The position numbers and the translations under genes were made by a program. Of a stretch of 64,000 bases of DNA, positions 10,234 to 21,000 are shown piece after piece; position 1 is the stretch's first letter; each line of letters starts with the position of its first letter. Location: the NCBI GenBank assembly GCA_963701965.1, contig OY969695.1, positions 2,240,001-2,304,000 on the forward strand. Direction: 5' to 3'. This DNA comes from an uncultured Gemmatimonadales bacterium. Lineage in GTDB: Bacteria; Gemmatimonadota; Gemmatimonadetes; Gemmatimonadales; Gemmatimonadaceae. Under the pieces are notes generated by a model. It saw only the letters and a program-made list of their open reading frames with translations. It did not search any database and was not told the DNA's origin.

Positions 10234-11030
10234 ATTTGCTCACCCAGTTGTTCCGGGTCGACCGGGTGTTGGCCGAGCGCCTGTTGCAGCGCCCGCGCCG
10301 AGGACGGGGAATGGCCAGCGAAATGATTATTGAAGTAGCCATACACCGTGCGCACACGGGTCGCCTCGGCGAGCCCGGCGAGCGCCCGGGCCCAGGCCTC
10401 GATCTCCCGCGACCGGTCGACTTGGATGCGCGAGTAGTCGACGATCTCGCGGTCGGGTCCCATCCATCGGAGATACAAGAAGTCCGCGGTCGGCCGCGCC
10501 GCAAGCGCCAGCACCGTCTTCCGCGGAATCCATCGCGCATCGACGAGCGCCAGCGCGACGTTGTGCTCGGCGAGCAGCGCCAACACGCCGTCGTAGATCC
10601 ACGCGCAATGGCGAAACTCGACGGCCACGCGGATGTCGCCCGGCAGAAGCGTCAAGAACGTCGCCAACGCCGGCAGCTCGACGGGCTCGAAGTCGGGCCC
10701 GAGCTGCACGAGCACGGGCCCCAGCTTGGGCCCCAGCTCCCGGGCCCGGTCGAAAAACTCCGCGACGAGATCACCCACATCCCGGAGCCGGCGCTCGTGC
10801 GTGACCTCCTGCGGCATCTTGAGCGCAAACACAAACCCCGCCGGACTCCGCTCCGCCCACGCCCGCACCGTCTTGACCGGTGGAATCGCGTAGAACGTCG
10901 AGTCAATCTCGACGGTGTCGAACCCCCGCCCGTACACGGTCAGATAGTCGCTGGCGCGCGTCCCCGGCGGATAGAACGGCCCAACCCACGCATCGTAGTT
11001 CCAGCCTTGGGTCCCGATCCGGACACGCAT
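10221..11030 (-). CDS. DUF72 (YecE-like) protein
   Basis: IGTQGWNY..W...FYP, TVEIDSTFY, FALKMP..VTH, LVQL, AVEFRH, YLRW.G, YFNNHF.G. Confidence 0.93.
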   Translation of the reverse strand: MRVRIGTQGWNYDAWVGPFYPPGTRASDYLTVYGRGFDTVEIDSTFYAIPPVKTVRAWAERSPAGFVFALKMPQEVTHERRLRDVGDLVAEFFDRARELGPKLGPVLVQLGPDFEPVELPALATFLTLLPGDIRVAVEFRHCAWIYDGVLALLAEHNVALALVDARWIPRKTVLALAARPTADFLYLRWMGPDREIVDYSRIQVDRSREIEAWARALAGLAEATRVRTVYGYFNNHFAGHSPSSARALQQALGQHPVDPEQLGEQMSLF

Positions 11031-11050
11031 GTCCGGAATCTAGCGAGCCC

Positions 11051-12493
11051 CTACCGGTACGTCTCGAAGAACCCCGTGCCGTCGCCGGCCAGCGCGGCGC
11101 CACCGGCGCGGCCACTCAAATGCGCGCGCCCCTTCATCTGGACGAAATAGGGATGAGCCGGACCAGCGGTCGGCGTCCGCGTCGCGACCGCGTCCTCGAT
11201 CTCGAGGTCGAGCCGCAGGGTATCGGCGCCGCGCACATCGGTCAGTGTGGCGTGCGCGGGTACGCGCAGCGAACGGCCGTCGACCGCGATGACTTTGCTG
11301 TCGTCGTACACGATCTGTCGCGGCCGGAACACCGTCCGGAAGCCAAGCGAATCGACGAGATACAGGAACATGGGCGCGGACGCGTCCAGCGAGTCGGGCG
11401 CGTGGACGCGGCCGTACAGGAGCCCGAACGCGCCGGCCCGCGTGGCACCCCACTCCCAGCTGACGCCGCGCCACACGCCCCAGTTGTGATCGTGATACGA
11501 CTGCGTGTGCTCGTAGTGCTGGCACCGGTCGTCGATGCAGAGGGATCCGGACGCGTCGGCGATCAACCCCGGCACGGTATAGCCGGACCGAAAATTCCCA
11601 CTCGTAAGATCGACACCAGGGAAATAGGCGCCCGGCGCGGGCGTGACGACCAGATCGACGCTGAGATGTCCGCGCCCACCCTCTTCGCGCGCCGTGGCGT
11701 GCACAGCGTAGCGTCCGTCGGGACGGACGCGCACCGATGACGACCCGAGGCTGACATCGGCCCGCGTCGCCGAGAAATGGACGTCCGCCGGCGGGACCAG
11801 AGCCACGAACCGCCGCGCCGGCCGGCCGGTCTCGTGGGTCGTGACCAGCACGCGGCCGCCGGCGCCGGCGACGATGAACGTGATGAACGCCCACCGGTTG
11901 CGGTCCGGCGACACGACGTTGAAGTAGTGCCACTCGGCCCACGTCTCGCGCCCGGCCCCCGAGACCGGCATCGCGTGAAAGTGGTCGATGTCATTCGCCA
12001 ACTCGAGCGCCGTGGGCGCCACCCACCGCCGGTCGGCGCTGTCGTCGTTCCACGCCCCGGCCAGGACGACCGGCGCGGCGCGCACCGCCCGTTGGGCCGA
12101 GGGGATGTCCCCCGACGCGCGCACCGTGCGCTCGACCCCGTCCCGCGTCGTGAGATAGAGGAGCGCGTCGTCATCCTGCGGCGCGACCGCGCGGACGTCG
12201 CGCGCCAGCCGCGGCGCGCCGAGCAGTTGGCGATACAGGAACCGCGCGTTGGTGATAGAGAAAAAGAGACCGCCCAGTCCCCCGGTCTTCATGACTTCGA
12301 TGTCGATCCCTTCCGGCAGCACCGTCACATCGCCGCCGCCGACCAACCGCTCGTCTTGCGCTTGATCGACCATCGCCTCGCCGATGGACAACAGCACGAT
12401 CATGACGGATACGCCCAGCCCGAACCCGAGGAAGAGGAGCAGGGACCGCCACGGTTTGTAGAGAAAGTTGCGCAATGCCAACAACGGCATCAT
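11051..12493 (-). CDS. MacB-type ABC permease N-terminus fused to an AttH/CrtC-like (lipocalin-like) domain
   Basis: LALRNFLYKPWRSLL plus one TM helix, then HFH...WAEWHYFN and YHDHNWG.W...WEWG motifs. Confidence 0.7.
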   Translation of the reverse strand: MMPLLALRNFLYKPWRSLLLFLGFGLGVSVMIVLLSIGEAMVDQAQDERLVGGGDVTVLPEGIDIEVMKTGGLGGLFFSITNARFLYRQLLGAPRLARDVRAVAPQDDDALLYLTTRDGVERTVRASGDIPSAQRAVRAAPVVLAGAWNDDSADRRWVAPTALELANDIDHFHAMPVSGAGRETWAEWHYFNVVSPDRNRWAFITFIVAGAGGRVLVTTHETGRPARRFVALVPPADVHFSATRADVSLGSSSVRVRPDGRYAVHATAREEGGRGHLSVDLVVTPAPGAYFPGVDLTSGNFRSGYTVPGLIADASGSLCIDDRCQHYEHTQSYHDHNWGVWRGVSWEWGATRAGAFGLLYGRVHAPDSLDASAPMFLYLVDSLGFRTVFRPRQIVYDDSKVIAVDGRSLRVPAHATLTDVRGADTLRLDLEIEDAVATRTPTAGPAHPYFVQMKGRAHLSGRAGGAALAGDGTGFFETYR

Positions 12494-13224
12494 GCGCGGC
12501 GTCTCGACTCGTCGGCGACGATGCGGCCGTCGCGCATATGGACGACGCGCGCCGCGGCCGCCGCCAGATCCTCGTCGTGCGTCACGACGACAATCGTCGT
12601 GCCATCGGCGTTGAGCCGGCCGAAGAGCCCGATGATCTCGGCGCCCGTCTGGGCATCGAGCTCGCCGGTGGGCTCGTCGGCGAGCAACAGCGCCGGACGA
12701 TTGGCCAGCGCGCGCGCAATGGCCACGCGTTGTTGCTCGCCGCCCGACAGTTGCGACGGCCGGTGCCGCTCCCGGTCGGCCAGGCCGACGTACTCCAGCA
12801 ACGCGTGCGCCCGGGCCGCGCGTTCGTCGGGCCGCATGCGCGCTTCGGCCATCGGCAGCTCGACATTCTCGCGCGCCGTGAGCGTGGGCATGAGGTAGAA
12901 CCGCTGGAACACGAATCCAATGTGCCGGAGCCGGAACAATGTCGTCTGCGCGTCGGTCATGGCGCCGACGTCGAGCGCGCGAATCGTGACCCGGCCGCTC
13001 GTCGGCCGATCGATGGCGCCAAGGAGATTGAGCAGCGTCGACTTGCCGCAGCCGGACGGGCCGACGATGGCCACGTACTCGCCGAGACCGACGTCGAGAT
13101 CCACGCCCCGCACGGCCCGCACGATCTCGCCGCCGACCGGATACTCGCGCACGAGAGAGCGCGCGCTCAAGAGCACCGGGTGCGCGCGGGGACGCGGGCG
13201 GGGGGTGGCGATAGCGATGGTCAC
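12490..13224 (-). CDS. ABC transporter ATP-binding protein (LolD/MacB-like)
   Basis: GPSGCGKST, IGFVFQ, LSGGEQQRVAIARAL, LLADEPTG, VVTHD; GTG start overlaps the upstream TGA. Confidence 0.95.
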   Translation of the reverse strand: MTIAIATPRPRPRAHPVLLSARSLVREYPVGGEIVRAVRGVDLDVGLGEYVAIVGPSGCGKSTLLNLLGAIDRPTSGRVTIRALDVGAMTDAQTTLFRLRHIGFVFQRFYLMPTLTARENVELPMAEARMRPDERAARAHALLEYVGLADRERHRPSQLSGGEQQRVAIARALANRPALLLADEPTGELDAQTGAEIIGLFGRLNADGTTIVVVTHDEDLAAAAARVVHMRDGRIVADESRRRA

Positions 13225-14411
13225 GCGATCGCCTCGCGGTGAAGGGTGTCGGCGATGGGCAGTGACGCCGCGCGCCAGGCGGGATAGATGCCGGCCAGGA
13301 GCCCCGACGTCAGCAGCAGCCCCAGCGCCGTCAGCGCCGCCGGGGCACGAAAGACAAAGAACTTGAAGGCCGCCGGGAGACCGGGAAACGCCGACAGGAT
13401 GTCGTTGAGCAGGCCCGCGGTCACGAGACCCAGCGCGAGCCCCAGGATGCTGCCGGCGATCGACATCGCCAGACCCTCGAGCACGATCTGCTTGACGACG
13501 TTCCACCGGCTGACGCCGATCGCCCGCAACACCGCGATCTCGCCAATCCGCTCGTTCACGGACACCGTAACCAGTGTCGTCACCAGCAGAAATCCGACAC
13601 CGAGGCTGATCGAACCGAGGATGAACGCCAGCTGGCGGAAGTAGCCCATGCGCTCGTCAACTTGTCGGAGCGCCGAATTCGTGGAGATCGCCGTGACGCG
13701 CGGGACCGCCGCTTCGATAGCGCGGCGCGCGGGTTCCGGGTCGGCGCCATTGCGCACACGAGCCATGACGAGAGAGACCCGGTCGGCGGTCGCCGGGCCA
13801 CCCATGGCTTGCAACACGGGCAACGGTACGGCCGCGACCGGTTGGTTCGCCGACGTGTAGTGAAATCGTCCGATTCCGGCGATGACCAGGCGTCGCCGTC
13901 CGCTGTAGGTGCGCAGTTGCGTGTCGAAGCCGGCGGCCACGTCCAGCGTGTCACCGATCTTGGCGCCCGTCGCGTCGAGGAATGGCGCGTTGACCACGAT
14001 CCGATCCGGCGCTGCCGAGCGGGCGCCGGAGACGCGCGTGTAGTCGCCTTGCACGGACTCATCGAGCCCGATGGCGAAACTCGTCGCTTCGCGGCGCCCG
14101 CCCCCGATGACGTGGATCTGGAGGCCGAGCACCGGGCTGACCGCGACCACGTCGGGGATCGATCGCAGCGTCTGGAGCAAGCGCGCCGCGTCGCCGATCG
14201 TGGCCTCGCTGTCGAATGGCAGCGTGCCTTTGGGCGCGATCCGGAGCTGGAAGCCCTGCACCAGCAGCAGCCGGCGGAAAGAGTCGTGCATGCCGCCGGA
14301 CAGCATCACCATGTCGAGCAGGAGCGCGCCGGAGACGGCGACGCCCGCCACCGCCAGCAGGGACCGCGCGCGGCGGCGGACCAGCGACTTGACGGCGAGG
14401 CGGACGCGCAT
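13221..14411 (-). CDS. ABC transporter permease, FtsX/MacB family
   Basis: N-terminal TM, periplasmic domain, SVNERIGEIAVLRAIG, YPAWRAASL. Confidence 0.92.
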   Translation of the reverse strand: MRVRLAVKSLVRRRARSLLAVAGVAVSGALLLDMVMLSGGMHDSFRRLLLVQGFQLRIAPKGTLPFDSEATIGDAARLLQTLRSIPDVVAVSPVLGLQIHVIGGGRREATSFAIGLDESVQGDYTRVSGARSAAPDRIVVNAPFLDATGAKIGDTLDVAAGFDTQLRTYSGRRRLVIAGIGRFHYTSANQPVAAVPLPVLQAMGGPATADRVSLVMARVRNGADPEPARRAIEAAVPRVTAISTNSALRQVDERMGYFRQLAFILGSISLGVGFLLVTTLVTVSVNERIGEIAVLRAIGVSRWNVVKQIVLEGLAMSIAGSILGLALGLVTAGLLNDILSAFPGLPAAFKFFVFRAPAALTALGLLLTSGLLAGIYPAWRAASLPIADTLHREAIA

Positions 14412-14414
14412 CGG

Positions 14415-15257
14415 CTAGCGCCCGAGGAGGGCCAAGGGGGGCCGACTGACGAGGCGCGCGGCGGCGGCCAGGCCTACACCGATACCCAGCAGGATCGACA
14501 CGACGACCGCAAAGCTCACGATCGCCGGCGTGACGAGGGAGAACATCAATGGCGTCTGATAAACGCCCTGGTAGTGCCAGTTGATCAGCAGGGATCCCAG
14601 CCAGCCCACAACGGCGCCCAGCGCGCTGCCGACGAGCGAGATCAGCGCGGCCTCGATCACGATCGTCAACACGACCGATCCGCGGGAGATACCCATGAGA
14701 CGCAGCGCCGCAATGTCCCGGCGTCGTTCGTCGACCTTGAGCAGCAGGATGCAGAGCAGGAATATGGCGCTGGCCACGATCGTGATGATGCCGATCGCCG
14801 CCTGAAAGCGGCTGAGCACGCGGAAGGTCTGCGACGTGCGCACGGCGATTGTCGCCGATGGATAGGCGCGGAATCCGAACGCGACGGCGTTGATCGAGGC
14901 CAGCGCGCGGGCTTGGGCCGCCGAACCGTTGGTGGCGATGGCGAATCGGTCGACGCGGTCCCCGGTGCCCAGCAGCCGTTGGAGGTCGCCCAGGTGCAGG
15001 CGGACGCGCGACACGTTGCGCGCGACTTCGGACGGATCGGCACTCCGCCGCGTGATCGCGGCGACGACGAACGTGTCGCCGCCCACGCCGCCCGCCTGGG
15101 GCGCGAGCACCACGCGGTCGCCGACGGCCAGATGCGCCTCGGCGGCCAACCGCTCGTCGATCGCGATCGTCGGCGCCGCTTGAGCAGGGGCGCCTTGCGC
15201 GCCGGCGCTGGTGGCCAGCGCGGCGACGGCAACGCAGATCTTCCAGACGTGCGTCAC
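14415..15257 (-). CDS. ABC transporter permease, FtsX family (short)
   Basis: Signal-like N-terminus, VDERRRDIAALRLMG, three C-terminal TM helices. Confidence 0.88.
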   Translation of the reverse strand: MTHVWKICVAVAALATSAGAQGAPAQAAPTIAIDERLAAEAHLAVGDRVVLAPQAGGVGGDTFVVAAITRRSADPSEVARNVSRVRLHLGDLQRLLGTGDRVDRFAIATNGSAAQARALASINAVAFGFRAYPSATIAVRTSQTFRVLSRFQAAIGIITIVASAIFLLCILLLKVDERRRDIAALRLMGISRGSVVLTIVIEAALISLVGSALGAVVGWLGSLLINWHYQGVYQTPLMFSLVTPAIVSFAVVVSILLGIGVGLAAAARLVSRPPLALLGR

Positions 15258-15267
15258 GAGATGGGCG

Positions 15268-15753
15268 CTACCGGAGCGAGCGCTCGCCGCGCGCCATCGC
15301 GTCGGCGGCGGCCGGCGCCACGGGATCGCGCCAACCGGCGCGCACCAGCAGCACGGGCACCATGGACCAATGCCTGACTTCGTTGGCCACGCTGCCGCGA
15401 AAGAGATCGGACAGGAATTTGTGGCCGTGCGTCGACATCGCGATCAACGAGCACTGCTCCCGTTCCGCCGCATCGGCGATCTCCTCGGCCGGATCCCCGG
15501 TCGCGAGGATGGCGTCGGCCTCGAATCCTTCTGTCTCCAGCTCCGCAGCCACGTGTTCAATGTACGCCCGGTCGCTCTTCATCTCCTCGGACTCGCGGAG
15601 ATGCAAATGCCGGATGTTCCTTGCCGCCCATCCATCGGCCACATGGATCAGCACGAGGGACGCCCCGCACATGCGCGCCAGGAGCCGCACGTGGGCGAGA
15701 ATGCTGGCATCGGCCGTGGAGTGCTCCAACGGCACGAGGATACGATCGTACAC
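15268..15753 (-). CDS. universal stress protein
   Basis: YDRILVPL, GDPAEEI, LIAMSTHG, GSVANEV...PVLLV. Confidence 0.93.
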   Translation of the reverse strand: MYDRILVPLEHSTADASILAHVRLLARMCGASLVLIHVADGWAARNIRHLHLRESEEMKSDRAYIEHVAAELETEGFEADAILATGDPAEEIADAAEREQCSLIAMSTHGHKFLSDLFRGSVANEVRHWSMVPVLLVRAGWRDPVAPAAADAMARGERSLR

Positions 15754-15772
15754 GTCGACCTCCCCGGTTCAG

Positions 15773-16378
15773 CTAGCGGGCTCGCCCACCAGCGTCGCCA
15801 ACTGTCGCAAGAATGCGCTCCGTCATGCCCCAAACAACGTATTCACCGTGCCGAAAACTGGGCACGCGCCGTTCGACCCCCCGGGCCATGACGGTCGATT
15901 CGACCCCGGCATCGGGCGCGGTAAACGTCGCGAGGGGCACCCAAAAGGCGGCCGACACCTCGTCACTGAGAACTAAAGGCGACGAGAGCGGCCCCTGTAA
16001 CGCGACGACGTAGGGACGGACGCGCATGGCGTATCCCGACCGCGCCTGCAGGTCGTCGAGCGCGCCCAGCACGTGACCATCGCGCCGGAGGTCGATCCCG
16101 GTCTCCTCGAAGGTCTCACGCAACGCGGTATCCTCGAGCGACGCGTCGCCGGGCTCGACCCGTCCTCCCGGGAGGGCAACGTGTCCACTCCACGGATCAC
16201 GATCGTGCTCGGCGCGCTTGATCATCAGGATTTCGATCCGGTCGTCGACCTCCCGGAGCACCAACGCCACCGCGGCCTGCGCACCGTCCGTCCCATGGCG
16301 CGCCGCGCGGGGCGCCAGTCGGTCGACCAGTCGCTCGGAGATCGCGGTGAGCATGTCCCGGTGGGTCCTCACCGTCAC
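15773..16378 (-). CDS. Nudix hydrolase (CoA pyrophosphatase-like)
   Basis: AAV.LVL, WSGHVALPGG, ALRETFEETG Nudix box, VWGMT. Confidence 0.92.
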   Translation of the reverse strand: MTVRTHRDMLTAISERLVDRLAPRAARHGTDGAQAAVALVLREVDDRIEILMIKRAEHDRDPWSGHVALPGGRVEPGDASLEDTALRETFEETGIDLRRDGHVLGALDDLQARSGYAMRVRPYVVALQGPLSSPLVLSDEVSAAFWVPLATFTAPDAGVESTVMARGVERRVPSFRHGEYVVWGMTERILATVGDAGGRAR

Positions 16379-16737
16379 CCCTCGACCTCGCCGCCGGCGT
16401 CGACCCAGGCGCGGAATCCACCACGCATGGACGAAACCTTACTGTAGCCCATTTCGCGCATGGTGTCCGCGGCCAGCGCCGACCGGTTGCCGCTCGCGCA
16501 ATACACCACGACGGTGGCCTCGCGCGGCACGCGTTGCTCGATCGTGGTCTCTAATGTTCCGCGCGGAATGAAAACGGCGCCCGGCAGACGCCCGAGGTTC
16601 CACTCATTAGGCTCCCGCACATCCAGAAACACGACGCCGTCGCTGCCTTTAGTGCTCGCGACGGCCTCGGCTACTGAGACTTCAGGGATGCGGGTCTTGG
16701 CCGCGTTGATGAGATCGCTTCCGGTCCGAGGCGTCAT
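16375..16737 (-). CDS. rhodanese-like domain protein
   Basis: LDVREPNEW, LPGAVFIP, YCASGNRS, GGFRAW. Confidence 0.92.
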   Translation of the reverse strand: MTPRTGSDLINAAKTRIPEVSVAEAVASTKGSDGVVFLDVREPNEWNLGRLPGAVFIPRGTLETTIEQRVPREATVVVYCASGNRSALAADTMREMGYSKVSSMRGGFRAWVDAGGEVEG

Positions 16738-16750
16738 GCCCCGAAATCTA

Positions 16751-16790
16751 AACGGGGTGCGGGGACACAGTCCCCACACCCCGCTTTTTT
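16751..16790. terminator. GC hairpin with T tract (terminator or REP-like)
   Basis: CGGGGTGCGGGGA-CACAG-TCCCCACACCCCG followed by CTTTTTT; preceded by AAA. Confidence 0.65.
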
Positions 16791-16809
16791 GAGACCCTGG
16801 GACGGCGCG

Positions 16810-17859
16810 TTACGTCGTCGTAAGCGACGGCGACGCGGGGCAGCCGCTCCATACGGCCGTGACCGTCGTGCCATCGCTGAACTTGATCACCAGCGTACCG
16901 CTCACGACGCTGCCGATATTCGTCGTGCACGTATTGTCGATCACGAGCGGGGTGGGCGTCGACACCGTGAACGCAATGTTCCCGCTTTCAAGTTGGTTAT
17001 TCGCCTGCGGCACACTGATGAAATAGTTCCAACTGCCGTTCAGGCTGAGCGATCCGTTGGGTACGGAGAACGCCTCGGTGATGACGTCGCCGGTATACGT
17101 GTAGGTCGCCGCGAACTTTTCGGTGATGCCGATCGTGTCCGCCGTGCTACCCTCGTGTATCCCGAAGCCCCACGACGCGGTATCGGACTCCGCGATGATG
17201 CCGGGTGTGTTGCTCACGCCGATCGAGCCGTTGATACCCAGCGCGATGCTCGTGTCGGCCGACTCCTTGATCGAGATGCCGAAGTTCTTGAATACTTCCT
17301 CGAAATTGAGGCCGGGGCTGTTCGGCACCGGATCCCACACGCTGATGCTGCCGGTTTCGGTGAGCGATCCCGAGACGCAGTCCGACCCGAAGGCGATCAC
17401 GATGGTGTCCGTCGGGATGCCGAGCGAGTTGTACGTCGGATTGGCGGGGGTGGTGCTGGGACAATCGGTCGGAGTCGACTGCTTGGCGTGCAGTTGCAGT
17501 GACACCTTGGACGGGATCGAGCGGCCCAGAATGTGAGCGAGCGTCGCCGTGCGACGCGGCAGCGTGCGCTGGAAGCCGAAACCGACGAACGGATCGGTGA
17601 AGCCGCTGCTGAAGTCCGCGTTGACAATGTTCTGGACGGAGGACTCGACCTCAATGACGACCGAGCTGTCGAGGGCGGCCTGCTCGGCAGGGCTCAGCGA
17701 TTTGAACGAGTCGAGATTTTTCGGCGACGTGGCGCTGTCACTGCCACCGCAGGCGGCGAGGGTGAATACCGCGGTAATACCGGCGAACAGCGTGGCCATC
17801 GTGTACGGACGACGCATGCGGACAGGCTCCAGGGTTGGGAAGGTTGGCATAGGGCGCAT
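16810..17859 (-). CDS. hypothetical Ser/Thr-rich lipoprotein (start uncertain)
   Basis: Lipobox LAAC-GGSDS; beta-rich C-terminal half; four further Cys residues. Confidence 0.75.
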   Translation of the reverse strand: MRPMPTFPTLEPVRMRRPYTMATLFAGITAVFTLAACGGSDSATSPKNLDSFKSLSPAEQAALDSSVVIEVESSVQNIVNADFSSGFTDPFVGFGFQRTLPRRTATLAHILGRSIPSKVSLQLHAKQSTPTDCPSTTPANPTYNSLGIPTDTIVIAFGSDCVSGSLTETGSISVWDPVPNSPGLNFEEVFKNFGISIKESADTSIALGINGSIGVSNTPGIIAESDTASWGFGIHEGSTADTIGITEKFAATYTYTGDVITEAFSVPNGSLSLNGSWNYFISVPQANNQLESGNIAFTVSTPTPLVIDNTCTTNIGSVVSGTLVIKFSDGTTVTAVWSGCPASPSLTTT

Positions 17860-18047
17860 CGCGACGTAGGCAGGACGACTGGCATCCCGCCGGCGCCACG
17901 CAAGGGAAACCGTGCCTTGCTGACGGGAGGAGCATACACCGGCGCCCTCACCAGATTTGTTATCGATTCCATTGACAACGAGATGATGACAAACGTCGGA
18001 TCGGATGCCCCTATCCTGCCGCGGTGCACTCTTTGCGCTCCGCGACG

Positions 18048-21000
18048 ATGCTCCTCTCGTCCGCTCACGATTCCGTTACACTCGCTCCGATTCTCGCGGC
18101 GCTCCGATTCGCCGCTGCCAGACAGATAGACGCGGACGACCGCGCCCGCTTAGGTCTCGGCGCCCTGGCGAGTGAGGCCTGGGTCGCCCGCGGCGACGGT
18201 GCCCTCCGCGCCCTGATCATCACGCCCCGCGCCGGGATGCCGGCGCGGCATCTGGTTGGCCTCGTCGCCGAGCGCCTGGCGCGCCGCGCGCCACATCTGC
18301 TATGGCTTCTGATCGCGGTGGATAGCGGCGAGGCCGGGGGATCGCTGGCTTTGGCCGCGTGGTCGGCGGACCGCGTGCCGCCGCGCGTCGCCGCCCTCAT
18401 CGTCGACCGCGCCCACGTCGTCGAAAGTGACGCGGATACGATCGTCGCGCTGGAAGCCGCGGCCGCGATCGGTCCAACCGATCCAGACGGCGCGCTGACG
18501 CACACGCGCTGGATCGACATTCTGGGCCGCGAAGGCCTCGGGCGCCGGTTCCACCGCGCGGTCGCGCGGGCGGTCAATGCGCTGGCGGCCGGCAGCGAGG
18601 GACGCGCCGCGGCCAGCGAGCGGCACGAGATCGCCCTCCTGTACACGTGCCGGCTCCTGTTTCTCGCGTTTCTCGAGGCCAAGGGTTGGCTCGACGGAGA
18701 CCGCGCGTTTTTGGGACGCGCATTCGATCGCTGCGTCGCTGGCGCCGGCGGGGTGCACGCGCGCGTGTTGCTGCCGCTTTTCTTCGGCACACTGAACACA
18801 CCGCCGCATCGGCGCGCCGCGCGCGCCCGCGCGTTCGGACGCATCCCTTTTCTCAACGGCGGGTTGTTCGCGCCGGCGCCGGTCGAACGCCGGCGCGGTA
18901 TCCGCTTCACCGATGCCGCGCTCGGCGTGCTCTTTGGCGACGTCCTGCCCCATTTTCGCTTCCGGCCGCACGAGGACCACACCGAGTCGGCGATCGATCC
19001 CGCGATGCTGGGCCGAACGTTCGAGTCGCTCATGGAGACGGTCGCGCGACGGACGAGCGGCACGTATTACACGCCGCGGGCGTTGGTCGACACCGCCGTC
19101 GTCGCCGCCATCGCCCAGTTGTTGACGGGAGACGGGCTCACTGCCGCCGAGGCCGAGGCGTTCGTGCGAGGCGGACCAGTCGCCCACGAGCTCAGCGACG
19201 CAATGCGCGCGCGCCTCGGCTCCGTACGCGTTCTCGATCCCGCGTGCGGCTCAGGTGCGTTTCTGGTGCACGTGCTCGAGACCCTCGCCGCGCTCGCGGC
19301 GCGACTCGGCGACACCCGTCCCCTCGGCGAGTTGCGCGCCGCGATCCTGACGCAGTCGATCTTCGGCGTCGACACGAATCCGACGGCGGTCTGGCTCTGC
19401 GAGCTCCGCTTGTGGCTTTCCGTCGTGATCGAGAGCGAAGTCACAGATCCGCTCGCCGTTTCGCCTCTGCCGAATCTCGACCGCAACGTGCGCGTCGGCA
19501 ATTCCCTCGCGGGCGGCGGCGCGTCATGCACGAACGCCCCGGGCATAGCGCTCCTGCGCCGCCGCTACGTGACGGCGACGGGCACGCGCAAGCGCGCGGT
19601 CGCAATGGCGCTCGATCGCGCCGAGCGGGCAGTGGCCATCGCCCACGTCACCCGCACCTTGCAGCGCGTGCGCGGACAGCGCGCGGATCTCCTGGCGGCC
19701 GGGCGCGGACGTGACTTGTTCGGGCATCACGTGGCGCCACACACCGAGCGGCTCACGGCGTTGCGCACCGAGTCCCGGGCCCTGCGCCGGCAGTTGACGG
19801 CACTGCGGGACGGCGCGGCACTGCCATTCGCCTACGCCGTGCAGTTCGCCGAGGCGGCGCTGGGGTTCGACGCCATCGTCGGCAACCCCCCGTGGGTGCG
19901 GCTGCACAACATCCCGGCGTCGGAACGCGAGCGATTGCGCGCCGGGTTCCGCACGTTCCGCGAGGCGGCCTGGATGCACGGCGCGCGACTGGCGCGCGCC
20001 GGACAGGGCTTCGGCTCGCAGGTCGACCTCGCGGCGCTCTTCGCCGAGCGCGCCGTGTCGCTGTGCCGCCCCGGCGGCGTCATCGCGCTTCTGGTCCCGG
20101 CCAAGCTCTTTCGCGCCCTGGCCGGCGGCGGCTTCCGCGCCCTGCTCCGGCGCGACACGCGGATCACCGCGATCGAGGACTGGTCCGACGCCGAGCCGGC
20201 GTTCGACGCGGCGGTGTACCCCGCGCTCGTCGTCGCGCGTCGCGCCGATCCGGCCGGGACGCGCAATGCGATGACCCGCGTCGCCGTGCATCAGCGCGGC
20301 GGCCGCGCGCGCCGCTGGGTCGCGCCGGTCGATCGGCTGGCACTCGACGCCACGGACGGGTGTCCGTGGGCACTCATTCCGCCCGCGGTGCGCGGGGCAT
20401 TCGACGCGGTCGTCGCCGCCGGCGTGCCAATGCACGAGACGCGGTTCGGCGCGCCATGGCTCGGCGTCAAGTCGGGGCTCAACGCGGCATTCGTGGTCAC
20501 CACGGCCGATGACGGCGAAAACGCCGGTGACCCGGCTAGCGCCAGTGGGATCACCCGGATAGTCGGGCGCGGCGAGCGCGGTGCACCACGGTGTGGCCTG
20601 ATGGAAACGGCGCTCCTCCGCCCGCTCATCCGCGGCGAGACGATCACGCCGTGGGTGGCGCGCGGCCGCGAACGGCTCGTGTGGGCGCACGACGCCGAGG
20701 TCCTGCCCGAACACGCCGCGCGCTGGCTCGCGCCTTGGCGCCATCGTTTGCGGGCCCGGAGCGATACGCGCGGCGGCCGCTGGTGGCGGCTCTTTCGCGC
20801 GGAGAGCGCCGATGCCCGCCACCCGCGCGTCGTCTGGGCCGACATCGGGCGATCGCCGCGCGCCGCGGTGCTCCCGGCCGGCTGCCCGTCGGTCGCTCTC
20901 AATAGCTGCTACCTGGCGCGCTGCCCCGACCTCGGCGATGCGCTGGCATTCGCGGCGCTCCTCAACGGACCGCTGGCCGCGGCCTGGCTCAACGCCATCG

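Noticed and set aside
9037..10333. Long ORFs translated through the 66-bp array (393-aa SURF1 extension, Cys-rich + strand ORFs)
   Set aside because: Products of a stop-poor repeat; SURF1 homology begins at ATG 9735, which has its own -10-like motif
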